Assembly (NCBI RefSeq): GCF_006345805.1 | Contig: NC_043015.1 | Location: 46,500,001-46,564,000 of the forward strand | DNA: 64,000 nt | Direction: 5' to 3' | Source: Octopus sinensis | Taxonomy: Eukaryota | In this document: piece after piece, positions 24,288-38,016 of the stretch | How positions within the stretch are numbered: position 1 is the stretch's first letter | Layout of the letters: each line of letters opens with the position of its first letter | The notes under the pieces: generated by a model | Told to the model about the DNA's origin: nothing | What the model saw: only the letters and a program-made list of their open reading frames with translations | Database searches by the model: none | Translations under genes and position numbers: made by a program

Positions 24288-24467
24288 AGAGTGGCTGTGT
24301 GGTAAGTAGCCTGCTTACCAACCACATGGTTTCAGGTTCAGTCCCACTGCATGGCACCTTGGGAAAAATGTCTTCTACTACAGCCTCGGGGCCAACCAAA
24401 GCCATGAGTGGATTTGGTAGACGGAAACTGAAAGAAGCCTGTTGTATATGTATGTGTGTGTGAGTAT

Positions 24468-24520
<53 letters not shown>

Positions 24521-24745
24521 ATATATATATAGATATGTATATGCTTCTGTGTTTGTCCCCCCAACATCGCTTGACAACTGATGCTGGTGTGTTTATGTCC
24601 CCGTCACTTAGCAGTTTGGCAGGAGAGACCGATAGAATAAGTACTAGGCTTACAAAGAATAAGTCCTGGGGTCGATTTGCTTAACTAAAGGCGGTGCTCC
24701 AGCATGGCCGCAGTCAAATGACTGAAACAAATAAAAGAAAAAAAT
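24288..24745 (+). mobile_element. tRNA-derived SINE family C (CORE-like) with internal (TA)n
   Basis: gtggctgtgtggtaag...ggttcagtccc...gcaccttggg; related copies at 29175-29577 (-), 8690-9030 and 4835-4985. Confidence 0.75.
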
Positions 24746-25930
24746 ATCCTATTTTGAAGAGATGCAATGTTTTACATCGACACATAAAGGCAATTACGTA
24801 TTAAGGGTTTCCTTATCAAGCACCAAACCTTAGATTTTATGAAAATGGAGGATGTCTTTCTTAGTCATTGCTAAATTTAAATGATGTGAAATAGATACAG
24901 AAATCAAAACCAAATCATATATTCAGATTACAAAGGCTATTTAACAGCACTCACAGCATTTACATCTAGGTCTGTCACGAGCCCTTAGACTCAGAGGGAT
25001 AGAGTTTAGCCCAGTTTCCAATGGATTACAAAACCCCATCCCCTTGAAAAGGATGCCAGTCCATCGTAGGGTCAACTTTCCAGCAATGGTTGGAACTCAT
25101 TTACAACTGAGTGAACTGAAGTAACGTAAAATGAAAGGTTTTGCACAAGAGCACAACACACTGCCTAGTCTGGGAACTGAAACCACAATTTTACAAACAC
25201 AAATGCAACACCCTAATCACTAGGACACATGTTTTCATACTGACATGTAGCACTGATAAATATATTGATTTCAAATTTCGGCACAAGGCCAGCAATTTGG
25301 CGGGATGGGGTAAGTCAATTACATTAATCCCAGAGTTCAACAAGTACTTATTTTATAAACCCCAGAAGGATGAAAGGCAAAGTTGACCATAGTGGAATTT
25401 GAACTCAGAACATGAAGATAAGGGAAAAGCTGCTGAGCATTTTACCTAGCATATTACAATTCTGCCAGCTTGCCACCTTATTATTGATAAATATACTAAG
25501 AGGGGCAGATGGAGATTTAGCAGAAATTGATACACATTAATTTTGTTCCTCTACATTCTAAGTGTAAATCATATTGGGGTTAACTTTGTCTTAACTACTC
25601 CTGGGTAAGAGTATAAAAACTGCATCCTTCTGCCAAACTATGTTGAGCCAGAGTAGCAGGGTAGACTCACCAAACCAGTATGTACTCAAGCTCAAAGTCA
25701 TGACCTCTATATCAGACTGTGGTAGGTAGAGATCATGCTGTGGCCTTTGTCCTGCAGTGGACTGAACATGGGCAATCTAATCTAATCCAATCAAACTTCA
25801 TCTTGATAAGTAACAAGTACCATTAATATTTTTGATTCAATGAATTATAGTATCCCAACCCTGGCAATTAAAACTGGTATTGTCAAAGGAAGTTGCTAAT
25901 AAAGAGAGATGGTAGGTCGAGAGATGGCAG

Positions 25931-26163
25931 AAGGCGGCAAGCTGGCAGAAACATTAGCACGCGGGGCAAAATGCTTAGCAGTATTTCGTCTGCTGCTACA
26001 TTCTGAGTTCAAATCCTGCCGAGGTCGACTTTGCTTTTTATCCTTTCAGGGCCGATAAATTAAGTACCAGTTATGCACTGGGGTCGATGTAATCGACTTA
26101 ATATGTTTGTCTGTCCTTGTTTGTCCCCTCTGTGTGTAGCTCCTTGTGGGCAGTAAAGAAATA
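25931..26163 (+). mobile_element. SINE family B
   Basis: Flanked by the direct repeat aagagagatggtaggtc. Confidence 0.8.
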
Positions 26164-27517
26164 AGAGAGATGGTAGGTCTATTTACAGACTTTCAGACCT
26201 CATAGAGTATGTTGCATCGTCTTGAAAAATTAAATGTAGGCACATGCTGACTACAGATCAGATTTCTTAGAGTTTGGACACTTTCAATCCAATTATATCA
26301 CAGAAATGATCATCTAAAATTCAGAGGAGGTTAATACACTGAAAATATAGTTACACAATATATTCTTGTTGAAGTACACAGAAATGTAGATTTACATCAA
26401 ATATCATCATCATTTAACGTCCGTTCTCCATGCTAGCATGGGTTGGACGGTTCGACCGGGGATCTGGGAAGCCAGAAGGCTGCACCAGGCTCCCGTCTGA
26501 TCTGGCAGTGTTTCTACAGCTGGATGTCCTTCCTAATGCCAACCACTCCGTGAGTATCCACTTTTTCATGCATTCATGGGATGGATGGAGTTTTCTACGA
26601 TCAGATGCCCTTCCTGTTGCCAACACATACCAGCAAGGTAATATTCCCTTATGGCCAAACATATTTTTGCAGAATAGTGGAACTGAATGACATACATTTT
26701 ACAACAATTACATGTCAAATATACACACACAATGATGGACTGAAGGAGACATTTGAGTCCCACCTGCAGATGTTGCCAGTATTATGTTAAGAGAATTTAA
26801 TGACTCTAGTGTTGAACTGATTCATATAATCACTTAGTTTTACTATATTTCAATAAAAATGAAAAACAGGTACCAGTAATATAGTCCTCTTGGACAATGA
26901 GTTGAATCCATATCATATGAGCCAATGAACAAACAACGATGTGGTGGCTATATCTCTAAGAAATAATAAATAAAATAAATGCACCCTTTTAAAGCCTAGC
27001 CAGGCTCATGGGCCCGGTTTCCCAGTTTCAGTGGTGTGTGTGTTCCTCAGCTGGACGGGACGCCAGTCCATTGCAGTGTTACTCATTTTTGCCAGTTGAG
27101 TGCACTGGAGCAACGTGAAATTAAGTGTTTTGCTCAAGAACACAGCGCGTTGCCCAGTCTAGGAATCGAAACCACAATCTTACGATCATGATGCTGACAC
27201 CTCAACCACTAAGCCACGCACCTCCACAGATATCTCTAAGAAATAGCAACCAAATTTATCTCATATCATAACTCAATGTCTTAAAGGGCATGTTGGACAA
27301 TTTATTCTTGGATATACCAAGAGGAAAAAAAAAGGATAGCCACAGCTTGAACACTGCTTCTCCAATCATGGCTGACTCACGGCTAAACAACAGTAACTTA
27401 AATATCAAATATTTGCCTCTACTTCATGGAGAAAGTATTTTATCTGCTGAAATGAGAATAAATTAGACTTTTTAAAATAAATCATTAAAAACAAAAGGAC
27501 AACAAACAAAAAATCAC

Positions 27518-29001
27518 CTTCTTCATATCGGGGATCTGGCCGACCAGGTTGTGGAACACGTTCATATCTTTCTCGCTCATAAAGGTCTCGACTTGATCGA
27601 CCTCTTGAGCTATCATAATGAGATCGATCATCATATACGGTTCCAACAGGTTCTTCATTGTAACGCCGTCGTTCATCAAATGCATATCTGTCGGCTGGTT
27701 GGGGATATCTGTTGTCAACTCTAGTGTCAGACCGATAGTCCATGAAGCGTTCACCACGCTCCATCATCTGTCGACCAGGGGAATAGTCACAGTTCTCAGG
27801 GAAATAATTATTGTTAGGAAGAAGTCGACTACGACCAGGTGAATCAGGAGTTGTGTGCTCCTCGTGTCTGTAGTCGTCGTTAATGTCTTTACGTCTCATC
27901 TGCATAACCTCAAATGGAGATTGTTCTCGAGTCTCCCGTCTTTGGCGGGAAGGTGATCGTGAATGGCATGAGCCATAAGATTCTTTGGGGGACAAACCTC
28001 GCCGTGAAGGATTAATTGTTGATTCTGTATGCTCGGGAAGAAGGCGTCGAGATTTAACAAAGTTCTGTTGATCCTGTACTTCAGGATTACACACAGGTAT
28101 AAGCTTTTCCTCTTTGAATTGTCTTTTGCGGTCTGTACGACCCTCAGCAGAGTCAAGACTTTTATTATTACCACTACTACTACTACTGCTACTCTCTTTC
28201 TTTTTGGACAATTTTGGGTCCCTTTCAAGTTTATCATGATCCCTACTACTGCTACTACTTACAGTTTTTATGGCCCTCTCTGGTGTGAAATCTCTGTTTC
28301 TCCGATCACGACGTTCTCTCGGTGGAGATTCATTTCTCCATTCACTCTGCCTTGAACCAGAACTTTCTGGGTACATGGCTCTGTCACTTTTACTAAGTTT
28401 CCCTCGGCTAACATGCACCCTTTCTGGTAAACGACCCTTTTTGCTTTTTCGTTTTTCTCCTTCGTGTAAAGAGGAATGAGCAGATCGGTCATCATCTGAA
28501 GACAATGACCTGTCTTTGCTTAATGGCAAAGACGGTAACTTATCAGGAGTGATACCACGTGTTCGACTTCTCTTTCTCATGCTAAGTTTCTCGATAATAG
28601 AGTCCCTTTCTTGTGACACACCAGCCAGAGGTGAGCGCTTTGATCGCTTCTCCAAGGCTGGTGACAATGATTTCTTATGTCGAGATTTCTCACCAATACT
28701 CGGAGACCGCGAATGGCGGGATTTCTTCGAAGAAACAGAATAGCCATCACCATCATCAAGTGGTCTAAGTGGTTTCAATTCCTTCTGCCAATCATGTTTT
28801 GGAGAGAGAACTCTTTTACTTTTGCTACTGACACTATCAAATAAGGGAGTCGGAACTTTATGTCCCCTTAAAGATTCAAGTTCAGGAGATTTAGTTTCTG
28901 TTTCCGACAGTGATTCTTTGTGTTTCTTCTTTTTCATTCGTATTTTGTGATGTACATCTCGATCGCGATCTCTGTCCCGTTCCCGTTCTTCACCAAGTTG
29001 T
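27518..29001 (-). CDS. ZC3H13: ZC3H13 exon 6 (1484 nt, RS/RD/RE-rich)
   Basis: Core of ORF 27405..29054; ctctgtag acceptor, gtgatt donor; phase 2 to 1. Confidence 0.92.
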
Positions 29002-29174
29002 CTACAGAGAGAGGGTAAAACAAAATCGTCAATTATCGGCAAAATTTTACACATATACTTTAAACAAAATTAAAATACAAAAATTTAAGCAAAACTGTTT
29101 ATTTGACTGAATTCTGTTTGAAACTAAGATTCTTAACAAAAATAACTAAGATCTATAATGTGAAATACTTCTTA

Positions 29175-29577
29175 TACTCTTTTACTTGTGTCAGTCATTT
29201 GACTGCAGCCATGCTGGAGCACCGCCTTTAATCAAGCAACTTGACCCCGGGACTTATTCTTTTTGTAAGCCCAGTACTTATTCTATCGGTCTCTTTTGCC
29301 GAACCGCTAAGTAACGGGAACATAAACACACCAGCTTCGGCTGTCAAGCAATGCTAAGACGACAAACACAGACACGCAAACACACACACGCATATATATA
29401 TATACATATATACGATGGGCTTCTTTCAGTTTCTGTCTACCAAATCCACTCACAAGGCTTTGGTCAGCCCGAGGCTATAGTAGAAGACACTTACCCAAGG
29501 TGCCACGCAGTGGGACTGAACCCGGAACCATGTGATTGGTAAACAAGCTACTTACTACACAGCCACTCCTGCGCCTA
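29175..29577 (-). mobile_element. SINE family C
   Basis: Reverse complement of the 24288 element. Confidence 0.75.
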
Positions 29578-31822
29578 TGTATCATCTTGGAAATTATAAA
29601 TGTATGTTGAAGTAAGGAATCAAAATCATTAAGGGGAAAATATACCAGGTAGATACTAAAAGACAAGAGGAACTTCCGTCAGGAGTTCCGATATTGGAAG
29701 CAGCAATTTTCAAACAAGACACAAACAAATATCCTTATTAAGGACATTTCTCAAAGCAGGTGGTACCACCTCCAAGAAGACACTGGAAAACTTTATGTGG
29801 GCACTGGGTAGAGAGGAGGTGGTGGTAGATGGAGTAGGTGGCCTTAGACAGAGGAGGAGGAGGTGGTAAAAGTAGCTCTACTGTTTTCTTCATCTTTGTT
29901 TCCTATTTAGATATTAACTTTTTAAAATTTTCTATGTGATATTACAGAAACTGCTTTGAAAGCCACAATCACATCAACAACAACTGTAACAATAACAACA
30001 AACTTCAAAACGTGAATTTACTAAAATTTTCATATATACATCTACATTTAACTTTATTCTGAAATAATTTTTAGACTCAAATGAACCGGTGGCTTTCACA
30101 ATAGATGTGACTTCATCCTAATTGAATGTTATTCAGATACAATGCAGTCGGAATTGTGTATCTTCTCTTAGATTGTATACATATAGAAAAGATATCTGTG
30201 GAATAAAATCATTTGGTAAATTCATATGCTCTATAATGTATTATGAAACTTTTATAGCTGAACTTACAGCACTAAATAATTTGTGCATTGCATAAATCTA
30301 TCCTCTCTCTCTCTCACACACACGATTGGGCTAAGAGGAACTATGTTGTGCCATTCTGCCTGTTCTGAAACCAAATATCCAGCTAGATCAAAATTGTAAA
30401 CTTTCAGTAATGAAACTCAAAGTTTTTCATATGTGAGCCATAATACCTAAAATTACATTAGAGTAAGGTTAAGTATATATTATTAATATATACTATTAAA
30501 CAGATAATAAATATACTCCAGGATGTATTATGTAATTTTTTTATCATCACTTAATATTAGGCTGAGGAAAAAGTTTGTGCCCCATGTTAAAATAATGCTT
30601 TTTTTTTATATATTTTTGTGGTGCGTGTTCATTCATTCATGTCATGTTCAATGGTGACTCATGGCACATGAACTTTTTCCTCAACCCAATACATAATGAT
30701 CAATCTATGGCTACAGAGGTGGATTAACCAAGGCATGTAACTCTGATCATGTTTATGGTTTTGTCAGTTTGCAGCAGACATTTTTAACATAAAAACAAGC
30801 CCAACAAATATGAGTCACCCACTGAACATGAAAAATTGAGTGGAAAATGAGAATTTTTTTTTAAATATAGAATCTTATTAGCTTTTTGATACCATACACT
30901 CAACTCAAAAACACCTCTGCAAGAAATTAAGCAATATTTTATCTATTTCATGCAAATGACAGTTGTCAGTACATCATCATCATTATGATCATCATGATCA
31001 TCATTTAACATCCATTTTCCATGCTGGCACAGAATGGATATTTGACATGGTCCATAAAGCTGCAGAGCTGTGCCAGGCTCCAATGTCAGCTTTGGCATGG
31101 TTTCTACAGCTGGATGCCCTTTCTAAAGCCAACTACTGTACAGAGTGGACTGGGTACTTTTTCCATGGCACCAGCATAAGTGAGGGCACCAAGTAACTGG
31201 CAAGACAAAATAAAGAAAGAAAAAGGGAAAATCCCCATTGACTGAGTGACAGTGGGAGAGGCAGCTTTATGCTAGTTTTTTAAGGCTGAAATATGACAGA
31301 GGGACATTCCCAGGCGTCATGCTATCAAGGAGATACATGGTTGCCCCCCCACAATATGCAAGGATCAGTGAGAGTAGCTGGAAAGAGATGAAAATGGTGG
31401 TGATAGGGTGCCAGGGCATACAATCAAGGTATAAGAAGGTAAGTACAAGGGAAAATATACAATTATCCATTGCTGAGGAACCAGTTCTGTTAATTTTATA
31501 GAAAGAATCACTGTGCCGGTGGCATGTAAAAAGCACCCACTACACTCACGGAGTGGTTGGCGTTAGGAAGGGCATCCAGCTGTAGAAACACTGCCAGATG
31601 AGACTGGAGCCTGGTGCAGCCTCCTGACTTCCCAGACCCTAGTTGAACCGTCCAACCCATGCTTGCATGGAAAACGGATGTTAAACGATGATGATGATGA
31701 ATGGTCATTGAAATTCAAAACAGCAAGCTATGAAATGGGAAACAATACAGCAATCTCAGCCATTTTCACTCATTAAACTATAAATTAGGAAGACACATTA
31801 AAAATATTTAACTCTAACTTAC

Positions 31823-31924
31823 ATTTTCTTTTCTTTTGATAACTGTTCTATTGAACTTTGTGAACTTTTGATCTTGTTAAGTGGTGATTTAGAGGTTTTA
31901 TGCTTTTTCTTCTCTTTCTTTTTG
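31823..31924 (-). CDS. ZC3H13: ZC3H13 exon 5 (Lys-rich, NLS-like)
   Basis: atttccag acceptor, gtaagt donor; SKKKEKKKHKTSKSP...; phase 2 to 2. Confidence 0.8.
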
Positions 31925-33436
31925 CTGGAAATTAAATGGACACAAATAATATATTATTAGAAGACAATGATGAGAAACAAAACCTAAAACGGGCAATCTT
32001 AGGTTATATTGAACTGAAAAGAAACATCTCTGATATTTAAAGGTCATACAGTTTAAAGAACAAAGTCCCCTGTGAAATACCCAAATATGAAAATAAATTG
32101 TTTTTGTTATTATTATTTCTTAAAACAAATATTAAAAATAATTGCTATCTGTATATTGAATGTCGAAATACTATTAGAAGGCATGATTCTGAGAGATCGT
32201 CTGAGATAAAATCTCTTCATAGACTTGTGTTACAAATACAAAATCGGAGAGGAGACAAACATCATCACTGCAGTGACTCAAGAATGACAGACACATTTCG
32301 CTTTTCTTGGAGCTTGTCAATGCTATAGAAAGGCAAAATGTGTCATTTTTGTGAATCACTGCAGCAATGATGCTCCTCTCATTCCAAATACATACTCTAT
32401 TTTCAACACAAGACTACAAAGAGATATTTATCTCAGACATCAAACCTACTAATGGTGTGCATACATTAAGTACGATACAAGATAGTAAATTTAATTTAAT
32501 GCGGTTTCAATTGTAAACACCAAGTTACTTAAACAATAACATTAAAGAGACACTGTGAAGTTGAGGTACCAAGCTACTAGCTACATACAAGCTAGAGTTC
32601 AAAGACTACTACTTCAGGCACTATAGCATACTGAATGTTATCATACAATACTGAATGTTATGCAAATTTGCCTGACTGACATGTTCTACTTTTACCTCAC
32701 AGTTGAGATGTTAGATATAAAAGCAATTACTTTAACAAAACTTATCCCATCCAGCAAAAATCTCTTGAGATATTTATATAAAGTCAGTTTCAAATGCAAA
32801 TACTATATTTGATGGCAAGTAAGACTCATTTTTTTACCCACCAAAAACTCACCCCGAGTCCAATATTATGAAGTTGGCCCACCCATAAGATTTTCCCTGA
32901 ATCTGATCTGCTGAAATTGGGATGCATTAAATATGCCTGAGCATCTTTTTATGCCATAAAATATGATAATATCATAGTTAATAAATTAATATTATATACG
33001 ATAACAGGAATCCACATCACAGTAGGTATAGAATCCACATCACAGTAGGTATAGAATTCAATATAACTGATTATTGTGCCTTCGTAAGAATGTCCCAATT
33101 TACAGAGGAGTCAATACATGAATTGTCAGACAGATATGCATGAATAGTTGAAAGACAAATGTTAAAAGAAATATAAATAATCATTAATTACCCCTTTAGT
33201 ATTCAAATTATTCTGGCAAAAATTATGCTTGTTTATTTATATTATGCTGAATTAATCATCCATCATCTAGTAGTTTAGAGATTTCAATTATGTGATTGTT
33301 TAGTTTTAAAATGACATTGTAGGGTTGGTGTGAGAGGCCTGATCTGCTCGGTTTCAATATAAAACTGGGGGAATATTTTAGCCGGGTATAGCTGGTTTGA
33401 ATGCTAAAGAGTTAATATGGTTTAGAGCAAAGTTAC

Positions 33437-33531
33437 CTGGAGGGATTTAAACATGGTTTCATGTTTTTCTTGCTGTGTTGCTTCGAAGGTTCTGGAGAAC
33501 TGCGCAATGACCCCGATTCACTGCTTGTCAC
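33437..33531 (-). CDS. ZC3H13: ZC3H13 exon 4
   Basis: tttgtgcag acceptor, gtaact donor; VTSSESGSLRSSPEPSK...; phase 0 to 2. Confidence 0.8.
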
Positions 33532-36500
33532 CTGCACAAACAATTAATAAAAGTTCAGCAATCATATTTAATTCAATTAATTCTCCTTTAAACAGTGAAT
33601 GAGAGAACACAGATGCATATGAAAATATGAAAAATGCAGAAGTTCTTAGCAATCACTTCATCAACATCATCAACATTTAATGTCTATTTTCCATGCTGGC
33701 ATGGGTTGGACAGCCTGACAGGAACTGAACCAAGTTCCAATACTCAGTTTTGGCAAAATTTCTAGGACTGGATGCCTTTCCTAATGCCAACCACTCCAGA
33801 GTGTTCTGGGTGCTTTTTATATGGCACCATCACCATTGCTTTTTACGTGGCATCAGCAGCAATACTTTTTGTGTGATAACAACATTCACACCAATGCTTT
33901 TTACTTGGTACCTTGGCTTATACGATTCCAATTTTGTTGTGGTGGGTAGGTCTTCTCAAGTATTTCAGCCAGTCTAAACACCTTAACAATATCTAATTCA
34001 GTAGCTAAGGGGGGAAGCTGGCAGAATCATAAGCACACCAGGTAAAATGCTTAGCAGCATTTTATCTGTCTTTATATTCTTAGTTCAAATTCTGCCGGGG
34101 TCAACTTTGCCTTTCATCCTTGCTGAATGAAGTAACAGTTGAGCTCCAGAGTCAATGTAATCAACATAACCCCTCTCATGAAACTACTGGCCTTGTACCA
34201 AAATTCGAAACCAATATCAAAATTCAATACCTTACGGCAATCAGTTAAAATCTTAATTCGGTCAATCTCTAAATCAGTGTGTTTATATGCATGAATATGC
34301 CTGCATGCATGTGTGTGAGTCTGCTCACACATGTGCATACATACATGTTATTATCATAGTTTTAGTGTCCATTTTTCCACACATTGCATGCATGCAGACA
34401 GAATTCACTGATGCAGATTTTCTACAGCTGGATGTCCTTCCTGTTGCCAACCCACACATGTTTCCAAGCGAAGTAAAATTACACCCATGGCCAGACACAT
34501 TTTTCACAAAAGACATGGCTTATATGATGGCAATCGTCGTCATCATCATCATCAATTAACATTTTCTTTCCATGCTGGCATGGGTTGGATGGTTTGACAT
34601 GGAGCTGACAAGACTCCAACTGTCTGTTGAGGCATGGTTTTTTTACAGCTGGATGCCCTTCCTAATGCCAACCACTTAACAGAGTGTGCTGGGTGCTTTT
34701 TTACATGTCACTGGCAGTCCTCATTTACAATTATTGTATGATGTAAAGATGAGGACACACATACACACACAAAACAGACTTCTTCAAGTTGCTAACAGAT
34801 CCACTTACAAGACTCTGGTTGGCTCAGGTCTATAGTAGAAGACACTTGGCCAACCACATAGCCATGCCTTTACACACGTGTGTACTGTTACATATATATA
34901 TATTCTCCATATGCATACTATGTTTCTTGTCATCATTGACCATATTTTTGTAACAATTTGGTTTCCAGTATGAGAAGCCAATATATCAGGGGTCACTTAG
35001 CTTAATGGTACAGAGCAATTAGATGGAATCTGAGAGGTACAGGGTTCGATTTTCTGTAGCCATTTGCTGGCAGAAATGTTACAATGTTTAGCAGTGTTTC
35101 TTCAGACTTAACATTCTGAGTTCAAATGCTGCTGCAAACAACTCTGCCTTTCATCTTTTCCAGGTTGCTAAAGTAAAGTTGAGCACTGGGGTCAATAAAA
35201 TTAACTTACCCCTTCTCTTGAAACTAGTGGCCTTGAGCCAAAATTTGAAACCAATATAAGAAACAAATGCCTAACAAAGGAAAATCAATATTTGTTGTCT
35301 GATAAATATTAGTGACAATACAGTACTTATACATCTAAGGAACATGGAGGAAAACAGATTTGGCTTGTCAAGGACACATACAAAAGATCTGAATCAACAA
35401 TTCTTTATGCTACATTGTACAACTACAATTTTCTTTTTTTCTTTAATTTTAAAAACTTTCAGAATAAGTTTACTTGCAGTAGCTGGTGCTTGGCATTTTC
35501 AATGTCTTCTGGTAGAAGTACAAAATGTTTTACCCTACAAGCTATAACTGCTGTTAATGGAGGGAATTAGGAAGGAATTAAATGGAATTGCCAAGGTATC
35601 AACAGATCCAATCTTTGGCAAACACAAATGTTTAAAAAATAATTATTTCTAAACTGATCACAGTGGAAATGGACAAAGACAAATCACTCATTGTCCATCA
35701 ATGAACCTGGTAGTTCAGTTCATTGAACATTCATGGTTGGGAATCCCCGCTGAGATTAGATAATACTTGAAGGTGCTTATTTTCCTCTTTCTCGTATGAC
35801 CCATTAAAAAAAAAATTCTTACAACAAAGCAAAGATGTTGCTCAGCTACATAAATGCAGCAAAGCTGAAATAAAGTTGGCACAATCTGCATTAAAGACCC
35901 TACTTCATTTACAAGAAATTAATGAAATATGTCATCCTTCAATCAGGTTTAGCATCAGACTACATTCAACTGGTTGTCTGGCCTATTTTCGTATGTCCAA
36001 AGATTATCATCAACATTTAATATTCGTTTTCCATGCTGGCAAGAGCTGGATGGCTTGACAAGAACTGGCAGGACCAGAGACCGCACCAGGTTCCATAGTC
36101 TATTTTGGCTTGGATGCCCTTCCTAATGCCAACTACTCCACTGAGTATACTGGGTGTTTTTACATTGCACCAGCCCCCACACCAATGCTTTTTATGTGGC
36201 ACCTTAGTTTTAGAATCTCAATTCTGTTGTGGTGGGCAGGTCTTCTTAAGTACAGCAATGCGCCACATATCTCGATTCTTTGTCATATCCTTTGTAAGGG
36301 TCAGCTTTTTGAAGATGTCACAGAATAGAGATGTGTAGCAATTGCTGTTGGTAGCTAATTCTAAAGTAAACTATGCTGGTGTGAGATGACTACAGTTTCT
36401 TTGGATTTATTGTTTGGAATGTGCAGCACTAGAAAAGCAATTAATATTGTAGCTTATTGATGCGATTTTCTTTTTTGTTTTATCTCCAGCTCAAATTATT

Positions 36501-36779
36501 TTAGGGTAGTATTTTACTTCAAGTTACTTCAGTGAGCGCTTGTTGTGCTTAATGTTATAGTAAACTATTCTGATAAAGAAGATAAATTTTTCACACCAAA
36601 GTAATCCAAACTTTAAATTCTGATATTAAATCTTGAAACCCAGGTAAACATGCCCAGAACTTATAGGATTGGCAATGAAAAGATCAATAATTCTTCTAAA
36701 CCAAACAATTAGTAATCAATTCTAGTCAAGACATCTAACCTTCCTAATTAAAAAGAAATATTTTTTTTAAAATTAACCA

Positions 36780-37085
36780 TGTGTGCCGGTGGCACGTAAA
36801 AAGCACCATCCAATCGTGGCCATTGCCAGCCTCGCTTGGCCTCCATGCCGGTGGCACGTAAAAAGCACCATCCGACCGTGGTCGTTTGCCAGCCCCGTCT
36901 GGCACGTAAAAAGCACCCACTACACTCACTGAGTTGTTGGCGTTAGGAAGGGCATCCAGCTGTAGAAACATTGCCAGATCAGACTGGGCCTGGTGCAGCC
37001 TTCTGGCTTCCCAGACCCCCAGTTGAACCGTCCAACCCATGCTAGCATGGAAAGCGGACGCTAAATGATGATGATGATGATGATG
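36780..37085 (+). mobile_element. Family A RTE-type 3' end (antisense to the gene)
   Basis: Very similar to 18345-18710; (gat)n tail. Confidence 0.8.
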
Positions 37086-37344
37086 TAATGGTGAAGACTA
37101 TCACTGAATGACAAACTGGCTGTTCTTATACCAAAAGTTTTTTAGACAAGGAATGCCCTGTTTCATGCACAATAAAAATAACCTCAACTGCAAAACACTT
37201 TCAGTTAAGGTTATCCTTTATCATGGACTCAATGAATTAATATAGTAACGTGTTCTGCTAAAAGAAAATAGAATTCAAGATTCTATTCTTATTTCTGATT
37301 CATAACACCCATCTAACACCCATGGATATGTTTACAAAGTCAGG

Positions 37345-37650
37345 AAACAGCACAGCTCCTATGACTTTAGGAAACATTTTTTCACGCTGAGAGTTGATGA
37401 AGCATGGAACAAACTGCTGGCATCAGTTGTTAGTTGTCGGAGCACTGAATCCTTCAAAACTTCCATGCTTTCTGAGATTCGCCAACACTACACCTGATTT
37501 TCTCCCCTCCATACACATACAAGCATGTATCTGACTCATACATTGTTTGCTTTCCAGACATTTGTACATTACTGCATATATTTTATACGCACTTTCTGAC
37601 AAGTTGTGGTGTACCTGAGCACTGTATACAATAATTTCATTATTATTATA
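37345..37650 (+). mobile_element. CR1-like LINE 3' end
   Basis: F.LRV.EAWNKL motif, short 3' UTR, (att)n tail. Confidence 0.75.
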
Positions 37651-37843
37651 ATGTATAATAGTATTTATATAAAGCTGGTGATGACAATCTACTGCAAATT
37701 CATTGTAATAAAATTTAAAGGATGATGGTGATAATCATTGATAATCACCTATTGAGATCATTAATAATTGAAAATTTGTTGTTTTTTTTTTATTAAGAGA
37801 TTGTTGAGAAAACAAAGAGAAATGGCTGAGAATAACTTCGTAC

Positions 37844-38016
37844 CCGAACTGAATGTTCCCCAGAAAGCATATGCCTGTGAATCTTCTTTTCAATAGTCAA
37901 GTTTTCTCGTTGTTCTTCAGGAGGAGCGGGGAGGTTACTTAAAGCACGCTGAAGCTCCTGTCGCTTCCTCACCAGGGTGAGTTCTTCCTTAAAGTCAAGA
38001 TTTTTCAAGCTATCAT
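37844..38016 (-). CDS. ZC3H13: ZC3H13 exon 3 (conserved coiled-coil segment)
   Basis: DDSLKNLDFKEELTLVRKRQELQRAL resembles the ZC3H13 'EL.LE.KRQ.IQREL' block; atttcag acceptor, gtacga donor; phase 1 to 0. Confidence 0.9.
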
